Of a stretch of 64,000 bases of DNA, positions 7,273-15,934 are shown piece after piece (the stretch's first letter is position 1; every line of letters starts with the position of its first letter). The DNA lies in NCBI GenBank assembly GCA_041665925.1, contig JBAYHW010000002.1, positions 26,838-90,837 of the forward strand, given 5' to 3'. The stretch comes from Minisyncoccota bacterium. GTDB taxonomy: Bacteria; Patescibacteriota; Minisyncoccia; Phycocordibacterales; UBA9973. The position numbers were made by a program, and so were the translations under genes. The notes under the pieces were generated by a model. That model was not told the DNA's origin. It saw nothing but the letters and a program-made list of their open reading frames with translations, and did no database searches.

Positions 7273-8622
7273 ATGAAAAATCGTATTTATATTAAAGATT
7301 TGAAAGAAAACGTGGGGCAAGAAGTTCTTATTGCCGGCTGGGTGGATGTACGTCGTGATCAAGGCAAGATGGTATTTTTTGATATGCGGGATATGACAGG
7401 CAAGGTACAATGCGTGGTTTTGCCGAATCATATGGAGGCGATAGAGCAAGCAAAAGAGGTTAGACTAGAATGGGTTCTTAAAATGACTGGAATAGTAAAC
7501 AAACGTCCAGACAAAAATGTTAAGGCGGGAGTTTTGAATGGCGATATAGAAATCGAAGTTTTAGATATTGAAGTATTGTCTGAAGCGGCGCCTTTGCCTT
7601 TTGACATGTCGCTTGATGGATACAATTTAGATTTGACCACCGAGCTTGATAATCGAGCGTTGGTTCTCCGTCAACCGAAAGTGCAAGCGGTTTTTAAAGT
7701 GCAAGAGACCGTAATCGACTCCTTCCGTGAATTTATGAAAAAAAATATGTTTTTTGAATTTCAAGCGCCGAGTATCGCCCCGGCTGTCGCCGAAGGTGGG
7801 AGTGAAGTTTTTAAAGTTGATTATTTTGACAAGAAAGCATATTTAACTCAATCACCCCAGCTTTATAAGCAAATTGTAATGTCTGCTTTTGAGCGAGTTT
7901 TTTCAGTCAACAAAGTTTTCCGAGCCGAGCCTTCTTCTACGACTAGACATTTGACTGAAATTGTTTCCCTTGATGCCGAAATGGGTTTTATTGATTCTTG
8001 GGCAGATGTTCGTGATATGGCAGAAGAAACAGTAAGATACATACTAAAACAAGTTGAACAAAAAAATTCTGAACATTTGAAAATTTTAAATGCTGAGCTT
8101 CCAAAAATGATAGAAAAAACTCCCACCATGTCTCTGCGAGAAGTTCAGCAGAAAATTTTTGAAAAATCTGGACGAGATGTACGCGGAGAAAAAGATACCA
8201 ATCCTCAAGATGAACGTGAAATTTGCGAAATAATAAAAGAAGAAACCGGCTCTGATTTTGTATTTATATATGGATATCCGACCAGGAAAAAGCCTTTTTA
8301 TGTTTATCCAAATCCAGAGGAGCCTGAATACAATGAAGGTATGGATTTAATCTGTAGAGGCGTAGAATGGCTTTCAGGTGGAAGAAGAATTAATGATTAC
8401 AATCAACTTATGAAGCATGTGGAAATCTGGAAAATGGATCCAAGTAAAGTAAAAATGTTTTTGGAAGCTTTCAAATATGGAGTACCACCTGAAGGTGGAT
8501 TTGCTTTTGGCGCTGAACGTATCACCATGCAGCTTTTGGGTCTAAAAAATGTCCGTGAAGCCTCAATGTTTCCCCGAGACATGAACAGGATAGACGATAA
8601 ACTTAACAGCGACGGATATTAA
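7273..8622 (+). CDS. aspS: Aspartyl-tRNA synthetase, archaeal/eukaryotic-type class IIb (possibly non-discriminating). AsnRS not fully excluded.
   Basis: 449 aa. N-terminal OB-fold anticodon-binding domain. QSPQLYKQ, FRAEPSSTTRHLTEIVSLD and GAERITMQLLG are class II motifs 1-3 of the Asp/Asn/Lys subclass. Confidence 0.7.
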   Translation: MKNRIYIKDLKENVGQEVLIAGWVDVRRDQGKMVFFDMRDMTGKVQCVVLPNHMEAIEQAKEVRLEWVLKMTGIVNKRPDKNVKAGVLNGDIEIEVLDIEVLSEAAPLPFDMSLDGYNLDLTTELDNRALVLRQPKVQAVFKVQETVIDSFREFMKKNMFFEFQAPSIAPAVAEGGSEVFKVDYFDKKAYLTQSPQLYKQIVMSAFERVFSVNKVFRAEPSSTTRHLTEIVSLDAEMGFIDSWADVRDMAEETVRYILKQVEQKNSEHLKILNAELPKMIEKTPTMSLREVQQKIFEKSGRDVRGEKDTNPQDEREICEIIKEETGSDFVFIYGYPTRKKPFYVYPNPEEPEYNEGMDLICRGVEWLSGGRRINDYNQLMKHVEIWKMDPSKVKMFLEAFKYGVPPEGGFAFGAERITMQLLGLKNVREASMFPRDMNRIDDKLNSDGY

Positions 8623-8632
8623 TTATTTTTTT

Positions 8633-8989
8633 ATGCAATACATATTCTCCGGCATAGTTATAAAAGGAGATGGTAACGGCAAGAAAATCGGCTATCCGAC
8701 GATAAACATAGATGAGAAAGATTTCTCATCACTAAAAAAGAAACCAGTTTTTGGTGTTTATAGTGGCAAGGTAACTTTGTCGAGTAAAGTTTATAATGCA
8801 GGGATAATCATAGGCCCTTTGGATAAAAAAGGGTTACTGAAGATTGAAGCACACTTGATAGGCTATAAGGGGAACGCCTATGGCAAGCAAGCAGTTTTCG
8901 AAGTTGCTCGCTTTTTACGCAAATTTAAAAAATTCAAAACTGAAAAAGAGCTTATCAAACAGATAGAGAAAGACTTAGAAAAGTGTTAA
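8633..8989 (+). CDS. Riboflavin kinase (monofunctional, RibF C-domain-like)
   Basis: 118 aa. GIVIKGDGNGKKIGYPTINI matches the G.V..G.G.G...G.PTAN flavokinase motif. C-terminal EAHLIGYKGNAYGKQAVFEVARFLR is also present. Confidence 0.65.
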   Translation: MQYIFSGIVIKGDGNGKKIGYPTINIDEKDFSSLKKKPVFGVYSGKVTLSSKVYNAGIIIGPLDKKGLLKIEAHLIGYKGNAYGKQAVFEVARFLRKFKKFKTEKELIKQIEKDLEKC

Positions 8990-9000
8990 GATAATATTCT

Positions 9001-9924
9001 ATGACATCATACACTGGACCTATTTTTATTATTATTGCAGCGCTGCTCTGGGCCTTTGATGGGCTTATTCGCCAGCATCTATACACACTCCCACCGATTA
9101 CAATAATATTTTTCGAGCATTTAATTGGTTTAATTATTTTATCTCCTTTTGTCCTTAAATATGTTTTAGAAACTAAACTTTCAAAACGAGAGTGGTGGCT
9201 AATAATATTGATATCAATTTTAAGCGGACTCTTCGGAACACTGTGGTTTACGACAGCGCTCGGCAAGGTGCACTTTATTTCAATTTCTGTAGTATTTCTT
9301 TTACAAAAATTACAGCCGATTTTTGCTATTACTTCGGCTCGTATTTTCTTGAAAGAAAAGCTAGATAGAAGATACATTAAATGGGCCCTCTTAGCACTCG
9401 CTTCTGCATATTTTGTAACTTTTCCGAACGGTATTGTAAATTTACAAACAGGTGAGGGGACAGTGATCGCAGCTTTATTTGCTCTCGGGGCTGCCTTTGC
9501 TTGGGGAACGTCTACCACATTTTCTAAAATGCTTTTAGGTAAGCTAGATTTTAAAGTCAGTACTTTTTATAGGTTTTTATTTACTCTTATCATCGCGTTT
9601 CCATTTGTATATATATTCGGTAGATCCTTTGGTGGATTTGAGCAAGTGCGTATATTTGCTATCCCGAGCGTATCACAATTTGCTTGGCTGGCGCTCGTCG
9701 CTGTGTCCACGGGCATGGTGGCGCTCCTCATTTATTATCGAGGGCTTGCAAAAACTTCTGTGCATGTTTCTACAATTCTAGAGCTGACGTTCCCATTCGT
9801 AGCTATTCTGCTTGATTTTACAGTAAACAACACAGTATTGTCTCTGTCACAATGGGTAGCGTCTTTTGTGCTCGTGTTTAGTATTTACCAAATAGCTCGC
9901 TTACGTGAAAATCTAAATGTCTAA
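9001..9924 (+). CDS. EamA/DMT-family membrane transporter
   Basis: 307 aa, about ten predicted TM helices arranged as two EamA-like halves. Confidence 0.55.
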   Translation: MTSYTGPIFIIIAALLWAFDGLIRQHLYTLPPITIIFFEHLIGLIILSPFVLKYVLETKLSKREWWLIILISILSGLFGTLWFTTALGKVHFISISVVFLLQKLQPIFAITSARIFLKEKLDRRYIKWALLALASAYFVTFPNGIVNLQTGEGTVIAALFALGAAFAWGTSTTFSKMLLGKLDFKVSTFYRFLFTLIIAFPFVYIFGRSFGGFEQVRIFAIPSVSQFAWLALVAVSTGMVALLIYYRGLAKTSVHVSTILELTFPFVAILLDFTVNNTVLSLSQWVASFVLVFSIYQIARLRENLNV

Positions 9925-10249
9925 TGATTTATTAAATAAAAAATGCGTACCATGCGAAGGGGGAGTGTTCCCGCTGACACGCGAAGAAATACCCCCTTAC
10001 ATGGCACAAATAAATGGCTGGGAACTTTCCGAAGACGCTACCGAGATTTCTAAGCAGTATAAATTCAAGGATTTTATCGGTGCGATAAATTTCGTGAATC
10101 ACGTAGCCGAAATTGCGGAGGCAGAAGGTCACCATCCAGACATTCATATCAATTACAATAAAGTGAAACTCGTGCTCTCCACGCACGCCATCGGCGGTCT
10201 CTCCGAGAACGACTTTATCCTAGCTGCGAAAGTAGACGCGAGCAAATAA
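9917..10249 (+). CDS. Pterin-4-alpha-carbinolamine dehydratase (PCD/DCoH)
   Basis: 110 aa. CVPCEGG...L near the N-terminus, and the EGHHPDI motif typical of PhhB/DCoH. Confidence 0.7.
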   Translation: MSNDLLNKKCVPCEGGVFPLTREEIPPYMAQINGWELSEDATEISKQYKFKDFIGAINFVNHVAEIAEAEGHHPDIHINYNKVKLVLSTHAIGGLSENDFILAAKVDASK

Positions 10250-10316
10250 AAAAAGGGCGTAGTAGTTGTGTTCCAAACTTGCTACGTCCTCTTTTGCGCG
10301 GGCCAGGCGCGATGAA

Positions 10317-10880
10317 TCAGTGAATGCCACCAGAACTTCCGCAGTAGTGCGAGTCCGATTTAAGCCGGAGTACAATGAACCCACGACGGCGAAGTTGTAA
10401 GAGAGGGTGACGGTTTCCGTTTTTGAATGCGGAAATCGACTTCTCGCGATCTCTGAGGTCTGCTCTGTACTTCTGCATGTCCGTTTTGTATTTCAGAGAG
10501 TACAGCTTGTTGATCTCGTCGATCACCTTCGAGAGTGATCTTTCCAAACCAAGAGATTTAATCTCAGAGATCCTGATTTTAATCTGGCTTCCCTCGAAAC
10601 AAACCTCATCTCTGTAAAGATACGAAGTCTTGGGATTAAATGCCCTCTCGAGCCCTTGACGAATCCATTCAACAGTGAGCTTGCTAGTACCCCGAGGACG
10701 CTTGGGACGGATAGGTTTCCGGAATAGGTCGTCGATGAGATTCTCTTCGCGCTTGTAGACCGCACATGGAATGTTCACTGATGCGAGCGTCTCATCGATT
10801 GTTCCAGTCGCATCCTTGAGTTCTTTCCAATTTCGTACGATCTTGCCGCGCTTGACCGAATATTTTTCGATACTAAGCAT
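10317..10880 (-). CDS. Hypothetical protein (187 aa), unknown family, elevated GC
   Basis: Strong SD AAAGGAGGTGA 8 nt upstream of the minus-strand ATG. GC ~47% against a ~35% background. No recognisable motifs. Lies downstream of a TrpR-like gene of similar GC. Confidence 0.55.
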   Translation of the reverse strand: MLSIEKYSVKRGKIVRNWKELKDATGTIDETLASVNIPCAVYKREENLIDDLFRKPIRPKRPRGTSKLTVEWIRQGLERAFNPKTSYLYRDEVCFEGSQIKIRISEIKSLGLERSLSKVIDEINKLYSLKYKTDMQKYRADLRDREKSISAFKNGNRHPLLQLRRRGFIVLRLKSDSHYCGSSGGIH

Positions 10881-10939
10881 CCCTTTTCACCTCCTTTCTA
10901 TTTGATTTTAAAGAACGATAGGTTTTTCCTACTAACGCA

Positions 10940-10968
10940 AAACCCCCTCCACAATGGAGGGGGTTAGG
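10940..10968. terminator. Bidirectional intrinsic terminator CCCCCTCC-ACAATG-GGAGGGGG flanked by A/T runs
   Basis: Perfect 8-bp GC stem with A-run upstream and T-run downstream (AAAACCCCCTCC...GGAGGGGGTTAGG). Sits between the two minus-strand genes. Confidence 0.5.
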
Positions 10969-10984
10969 TTCGAAATAAAAATAA

Positions 10985-11377
10985 TTACGAGCTCAAACGC
11001 AACCCTTTCCGTTGTGGAGAAGAGTTGCTGCGATGTAAACGAGAAAGAATCAAGCGGTAGCCACCGAGGGAGCCGTAAAGCCATTTGGCGATGCGGGCGA
11101 TGGTGGTGGAAGAAAGCCCCGTCGATTCGCTGATAGCTTCGTATTGGACGTCGCGAGAGAGAAGCCGTGCGGCTTCGAGGCGCTTGCTGAATTCGGTAAT
11201 TTCCGCGGGGGTCAGGAGGTCGCGGAGAAACCGCTTAGCTTCATCGGTCGTTTTCAGCTCTAAAATACCAGCCACCAGCTGCCTGGTTTCCTTGGTATTC
11301 CAATCCGCATCCGAGCCGATCTCGGTCACCAGCCGGACTGTTTTTACCTTCGTATTTTTATTCATTCCCGTACTCAT
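10985..11377 (-). CDS. YerC/YecD-family (TrpR-like) DNA-binding protein, second paralog
   Basis: 130 aa. LRDLLTPAEITEFSKRLEAARLLSRDVQYEAISESTGLSSTTIARIAKWLYGSLGGYRLILSRL matches the YerC/TrpR family pattern very closely. GC ~52%. Confidence 0.75.
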   Translation of the reverse strand: MSTGMNKNTKVKTVRLVTEIGSDADWNTKETRQLVAGILELKTTDEAKRFLRDLLTPAEITEFSKRLEAARLLSRDVQYEAISESTGLSSTTIARIAKWLYGSLGGYRLILSRLHRSNSSPQRKGLRLSS

Positions 11378-11380
11378 CCG

Positions 11381-11423
11381 TCTACTTTAGCAAACTAAAG
11401 TACTTTAGTCAAGTAAAGTAGAT
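11381..11423. promoter_or_regulatory. Operator array: four alternating half-sites TACTTTAG / CTAAAGTA, including the perfect 14-bp palindrome CTAAAGTACTTTAG
   Basis: Read directly: TCTACTTTAG-caaa-CTAAAGTACTTTAG-tcaag-TAAAGTAGA. It lies immediately upstream of the TrpR-like gene start (11377, minus strand) and in the divergent promoter region of the GNAT gene. GTAC core as in TrpR operators. Confidence 0.5.
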
Positions 11424-11475
11424 AAAAAAGGTGTGGATAACTTTTTTCTTATAATCTATTTGCTATAATGCCTGG

Positions 11476-12009
11476 ATGGCTGAAGATTTGTTTAAAATAG
11501 AAGACGCTAAGCCGGAAGATGTGGTTGGAATACGCAGTATCATCCGAGATAGCTGGCTAAAGATTTACCCCAACGAAGATTATGGAATCAAAGTTGAAGA
11601 TATTGCCACGATTGACTGGTTTAATGCTGAAAGCCTGGAGATTCGGAGAAAAGAAATTATGGAAAAAACTGATTCAGTTCACGTCTTTGTCGTAAAAAAT
11701 GACAAAAAAGATATCATGGCTTTTTGTAAAGTTTTGAGACATGACGATTGCGGGGAAATAGATGCGATATACATCGTTCCTGAATTTCAGCGAAAGGGAA
11801 TAGGCCAAAAGCTAATACAAAAAGCTTTTGAGTGGCTAGGACCTGAACTCGATATAAAATTAGTGGTAGTAAAATACAATTATCCGGCAATCGAATTCTA
11901 CAAAAAATTCGGGTTCAAAGAAACTGCGAAAAAAGTTATTTATGATGGGACCCAACTCCCGAGCGGAAAAGAAATTCCTAGAATTGAAATGGTAAGACTA
12001 AAAAATTAG
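11476..12009 (+). CDS. GNAT-family N-acetyltransferase
   Basis: 177 aa. Acetyl-CoA-binding motif QRKGIGQKL and surrounding GNAT core (IVPEFQRKGIG...). Confidence 0.7.
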   Translation: MAEDLFKIEDAKPEDVVGIRSIIRDSWLKIYPNEDYGIKVEDIATIDWFNAESLEIRRKEIMEKTDSVHVFVVKNDKKDIMAFCKVLRHDDCGEIDAIYIVPEFQRKGIGQKLIQKAFEWLGPELDIKLVVVKYNYPAIEFYKKFGFKETAKKVIYDGTQLPSGKEIPRIEMVRLKN

Positions 12010-12014
12010 ATTGG

Positions 12015-14591
12015 TCAATTAGGGGTATTTAAGAACTTTTCGATAATTTTTCGATCGCGTTTGAGCCAAACGATATTACCTTCGAGGCGTTCAAGGACCT
12101 GGGTGATGGCCCTGGAGGCCCCAGGGGCTTCGTGAATGCTGAAGAACTTACGGAAGCTATTTAGATGCTTCTGCTCGGCGCTACCGCTTATGGCCTTTAC
12201 AACCCTTGCTAGATTAAGTCCACCTTCACCGTAGCGAGATACGAGGGTTTTCCAATTCTTTTGAATAAAATTCCACCAAATGTCTCGGCCCAGGGGATTG
12301 GCTCCGATAGAAGAGAGGATGCCCATTGTGTCTTGCGGGCGGACATGTTTAGACATTGCGAATTCACAAGTTCTTTTTAATAATGTAGGACTTTTAAAAT
12401 CACCCAAAATTCCACCAATTCTATTTTTCTCTTCGTGCAGAGTTTCTTTTTTATATAAATTTATAAATTGATTGAATTCTTTTGTTCCACTGTGAGTCGC
12501 AACTATGCCGTATACTGCTCCACGAATGTCTGGAGAAATATTTTTTGTATTAAATTTCTTACGAGCTTCGGCAATTATTTTCTTATCACCGGCGTGTCCA
12601 GCACGAGAAATTGCAAGCGAGCGGAGCAATACATCCATATGGGCTTCTTTTGGTTTCTTTTGCCAGCTAAGTTTTAAAGCAAGAGGGGAGAAGAGGCCTA
12701 GAATTAATTTATTTAAATTATCTTCTGCTCCAGTTTTCACCAACAACTGCTCTAGTCGTGCTAGACCTGTGGCTATTTCTACCCAGACTGTGTAATTGTT
12801 TTCGTTTTTGTATGCTGATAAAAATTCTAAGGCATCGGTGGTGGGTATTGTTCCAGCTTCTGCCAGGGCAAATAAGTCACGAATGATTCCCAGCCTGTCG
12901 CTTGCGTTTAATTCTTTATTTTTAACTGGGGCGCGTAACTTTTCCAATAATTCCTTAGAGTAAGCGGTTCTATAAAATCCTGTTTCGCCGAAATTCAGTT
13001 TTATGTAAATATGAAAACCAAACTTTTTATCGGTACGGAATTTTTTAAGCTTAAAAATTCCTGAAGTCGGCTCGCCGTCGCTCGCCAAACCCCTAAAAAA
13101 GTTTGTTTTCATGTTCTGTATGGGAATATCCCAAACCGTTTTATTTTTGGCTTTTTTAGCAGATATTGGACTTGCAAAAAATCTTTCTTGCGACAATAGA
13201 AGTTCATTATTTTTTAGACTTGCTTTGACGACAGGGTAGCCGGGTTTGGATGTCCAATCGTGCATCATCTTAGCTACTGGTTTGCCTGAGACTTTTTCAA
13301 ATGCTTGCCATAGATGCAGAGTCGCCGTGTTTTTATAACTGTGCTTTTTTAAATAGAATCGCAGGCCGTCTCGGAAATCTTGCTCTCCTAAATAATTTGC
13401 GAGCATACGAATTATCGAGGCACCCTTGGAATACGATACCTCATCAAAAATTTCTCCAATTTCGTCTGGGTGGTGGACTTCTACTTCTATGGGGTGCGTA
13501 GTTTTAAGTGCATCAAGTCTAAGGGCAACACCAAGGTCGTTTGTGATGAACTGCGTCCAGATGTCCCACTTAGGGAAAAGTTTATCAACGGCAAGGTATT
13601 CAATGTATGAAGCGAAGCCTTCATTCAGCCATAAATGCGTCCACCATTCCATGGTTACTAAGTTGCCGAACCATTGATGGGCTAGCTCGTGGGCAACGAC
13701 AAGAGCCACCCATTGCTTATTTGATGCCGAAGAGTGGGCTTCGTCTACTAAAAGGGCGCTCTCGCGATAGGTGACTGCTCCCCAGTTCTCCATTGCCCCA
13801 GAAGAGAAGTCTGGAATCGCGATCATATCAAGAGCTGGTAAAGGATATTTAATATCAAAATACTTTTCATAAAATTCTAAAGTTTTCACAGCGCAATCAA
13901 GTGCGAACCTTGCTTGATGTTTTTTCCCTGGCACAGTAAATACTCTCACAAGGGTGCCATTTCTTGTCTTTGACTTTATATGTTCAAAATCTCCTACAAT
14001 GAAGGCTAGAAGGTAAGTGGACATCTTGGGCGTAGGGGAAAATTTAATGACATTATATCCTGATTCGTGTTCAAGCGTAGAGACCGGTAGGGTGTTTGAG
14101 ATTGCGGTTTTGCCCTTCGGCACAATAAGAGAAACGTGGAAGATAGCTTTATGTGTTGGCTCGTCAAAACAAGGAAAAGCTCGCCTAGCGTCTGTGGCTT
14201 CGAACTGGGTGGTTGCCATATGAAATTCTTTTTTATCAACGTTGTATTTACTTCTGTAAAAACCACGCATTTTGTCGTTCAAAATACCCTGGAACACGAG
14301 AGTAAGTTTTGTCTTGCCCTTAGGAATAATTTTTGGGAACGTAAATGTTGCTGTTTCGGACTTTTTGTCATATTTAATTTTTCCAAATAGTTTTTCTTTT
14401 CCAATTTCTATATCTACAGTTTCGATGTCTATTTCTTTACTATGCAACATTACTGTTATAGTTTTTTGCAAAATACTAAGATGTATAGTTTCTCGGCCAG
14501 AGAAAGTAAAGTTCTCTAGATCAGGTTTGAGCTCAATCTTATACTCGGTCGGTATGATATTTTTAGAAAGACGGACATTTTTCTTTTGCAT
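12015..14591 (-). CDS. pepN: Aminopeptidase N (M1 family zinc metallopeptidase)
   Basis: 858 aa. GAMEN exopeptidase motif (SSGAMENWG) and HEXXH-x18-E zinc motif (HELAHQWFGN...WLNEGFA). Confidence 0.9.
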   Translation of the reverse strand: MQKKNVRLSKNIIPTEYKIELKPDLENFTFSGRETIHLSILQKTITVMLHSKEIDIETVDIEIGKEKLFGKIKYDKKSETATFTFPKIIPKGKTKLTLVFQGILNDKMRGFYRSKYNVDKKEFHMATTQFEATDARRAFPCFDEPTHKAIFHVSLIVPKGKTAISNTLPVSTLEHESGYNVIKFSPTPKMSTYLLAFIVGDFEHIKSKTRNGTLVRVFTVPGKKHQARFALDCAVKTLEFYEKYFDIKYPLPALDMIAIPDFSSGAMENWGAVTYRESALLVDEAHSSASNKQWVALVVAHELAHQWFGNLVTMEWWTHLWLNEGFASYIEYLAVDKLFPKWDIWTQFITNDLGVALRLDALKTTHPIEVEVHHPDEIGEIFDEVSYSKGASIIRMLANYLGEQDFRDGLRFYLKKHSYKNTATLHLWQAFEKVSGKPVAKMMHDWTSKPGYPVVKASLKNNELLLSQERFFASPISAKKAKNKTVWDIPIQNMKTNFFRGLASDGEPTSGIFKLKKFRTDKKFGFHIYIKLNFGETGFYRTAYSKELLEKLRAPVKNKELNASDRLGIIRDLFALAEAGTIPTTDALEFLSAYKNENNYTVWVEIATGLARLEQLLVKTGAEDNLNKLILGLFSPLALKLSWQKKPKEAHMDVLLRSLAISRAGHAGDKKIIAEARKKFNTKNISPDIRGAVYGIVATHSGTKEFNQFINLYKKETLHEEKNRIGGILGDFKSPTLLKRTCEFAMSKHVRPQDTMGILSSIGANPLGRDIWWNFIQKNWKTLVSRYGEGGLNLARVVKAISGSAEQKHLNSFRKFFSIHEAPGASRAITQVLERLEGNIVWLKRDRKIIEKFLNTPN

Positions 14592-14613
14592 AAAGAAATG
14601 TTAGCATATAAGG

Positions 14614-15369
14614 GTGAATGAGCAAACTTATCAAATAAAAACCGCTGGTTTTGAGGGCCCTTTTGGCTTACTTTTGGACTTAATAGAAAAGCGCAAGCTT
14701 CATATAAATGATGTATCTTTAGCGGAAGTTACCGAGGAATACCTAGAGCATATGAATAAGATGGGCGGGTTAAGCCCCGCAGAAATTTCTAGCTTTGTGC
14801 TCGTGGCTTCGACTTTACTTTTAATCAAATCAAAATCACTCTTGCCGAATCTTGACCTTACCTCCGAAGAAGAAGGAGATATCAAGAGCCTGGAAGAAAG
14901 GCTTCGTCTGTATGAACTATTTACAAGATTGGGGGGAAATATAAAAAGTAATTTCGGAAAGAAAATAATCTTTGCTCCACTAGAAAGAAAAAATGATTTC
15001 TTGGTTTTTCTTCCTGACGACAGTATAACACCAGAATCCATGATGACTTTCGCTAGGAACGCCCTAGGAGCTATGCCGAAAAAAGTTTTCTTGCCAGAAG
15101 TGGAAGTGCGCAAGGTGATAAGTATAGAAGAAATGATAGATAATTTAACCAAAAGAATTACAAAATCACTGAAAATGAATTTCAAGGATTTACATGGCCA
15201 CAATGGTGGGGTTCATTCAAAAGAAGAAAAAATAGTTGTAATTGTTGGATTTCTTGCTATGCTTGAACTTGTAAGACAGGGGATAATGGATGCTACACAA
15301 AATGAGATTTTTGAGGATATTTTTATAGAGAAGACTGAAGTAATTATTGAAAATACAGATGAACAATAG
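14614..15369 (+). CDS. scpA: Segregation and condensation protein A (kleisin)
   Basis: 251 aa. N-terminal FEGPFGLLLDLIEKRKLHINDVSLAEVTEEYL is the conserved ScpA N-terminus. Confidence 0.85.
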   Translation: MNEQTYQIKTAGFEGPFGLLLDLIEKRKLHINDVSLAEVTEEYLEHMNKMGGLSPAEISSFVLVASTLLLIKSKSLLPNLDLTSEEEGDIKSLEERLRLYELFTRLGGNIKSNFGKKIIFAPLERKNDFLVFLPDDSITPESMMTFARNALGAMPKKVFLPEVEVRKVISIEEMIDNLTKRITKSLKMNFKDLHGHNGGVHSKEEKIVVIVGFLAMLELVRQGIMDATQNEIFEDIFIEKTEVIIENTDEQ

Positions 15370-15934
15370 TCTAGAAAACAAAATAGAAGCAATACTTTTC
15401 TTTAAGGGTGAACCGGTATCTTTTAAAAAATTAGAAGATATTTTGCAAGTTTCCAAGAACGAAATTAAAGATGCTATTTTTAATTTAAAAAATAATTTAG
15501 AAAATAGGGGAGTGGTGCTTTTAGAACAAGGTGAAGAGATAACACTTGGCACCGCACCCGAATTTTCTAAACTCATAGAACATTTACAGAAAGAAGAATT
15601 GAATAAGGAACTTTCTAAAGCATCGCTAGAAACACTTTCAATTGTTTTATATAAAAATGGAGCTAGTCGAGCAGAGATTGATTATATTCGCGGAGTAAAT
15701 TCTAGCTTCACTCTACGTGCACTTTCTGTGCGCGGGCTAGTAGAAAAGACCCTAGATCCGAAGGACAACAGGCGATATATCTATAAACCAAGCTTTGATC
15801 TTATTTCATTTATGGGAGTTACATCTGTGGAAGAACTGCCAGATTATTCAGAAGTGATCAACGGTATTGAAATCGCCACTAAGACCCTAGAAGAAGAAAC
15901 AAAAAAAGAGGAAGCAAATGCAAGCGCAAACTAA
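15347..15934 (+). CDS. scpB: Segregation and condensation protein B
   Basis: 195 aa. IEAILFFKGEPVSFKKLEDIL... and a second winged-helix GASRAEIDYIRGVNSSFTLRALSVRGLVEK, typical of ScpB. Overlaps scpA. Confidence 0.85.
   Translation: MKIQMNNSLENKIEAILFFKGEPVSFKKLEDILQVSKNEIKDAIFNLKNNLENRGVVLLEQGEEITLGTAPEFSKLIEHLQKEELNKELSKASLETLSIVLYKNGASRAEIDYIRGVNSSFTLRALSVRGLVEKTLDPKDNRRYIYKPSFDLISFMGVTSVEELPDYSEVINGIEIATKTLEEETKKEEANASAN

Noticed and set aside
8955-9518. 187-aa minus-strand ORF.
   Set aside because: It is fully antisense to the EamA transporter gene, whose hydrophobic periodicity explains the sense frame. It has no RBS or motifs.
14700-15576. Minus-strand ORFs of 167 and 119 aa.
   Set aside because: They are antisense to scpA/scpB. 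Low-complexity Ser/Ile-rich translations.
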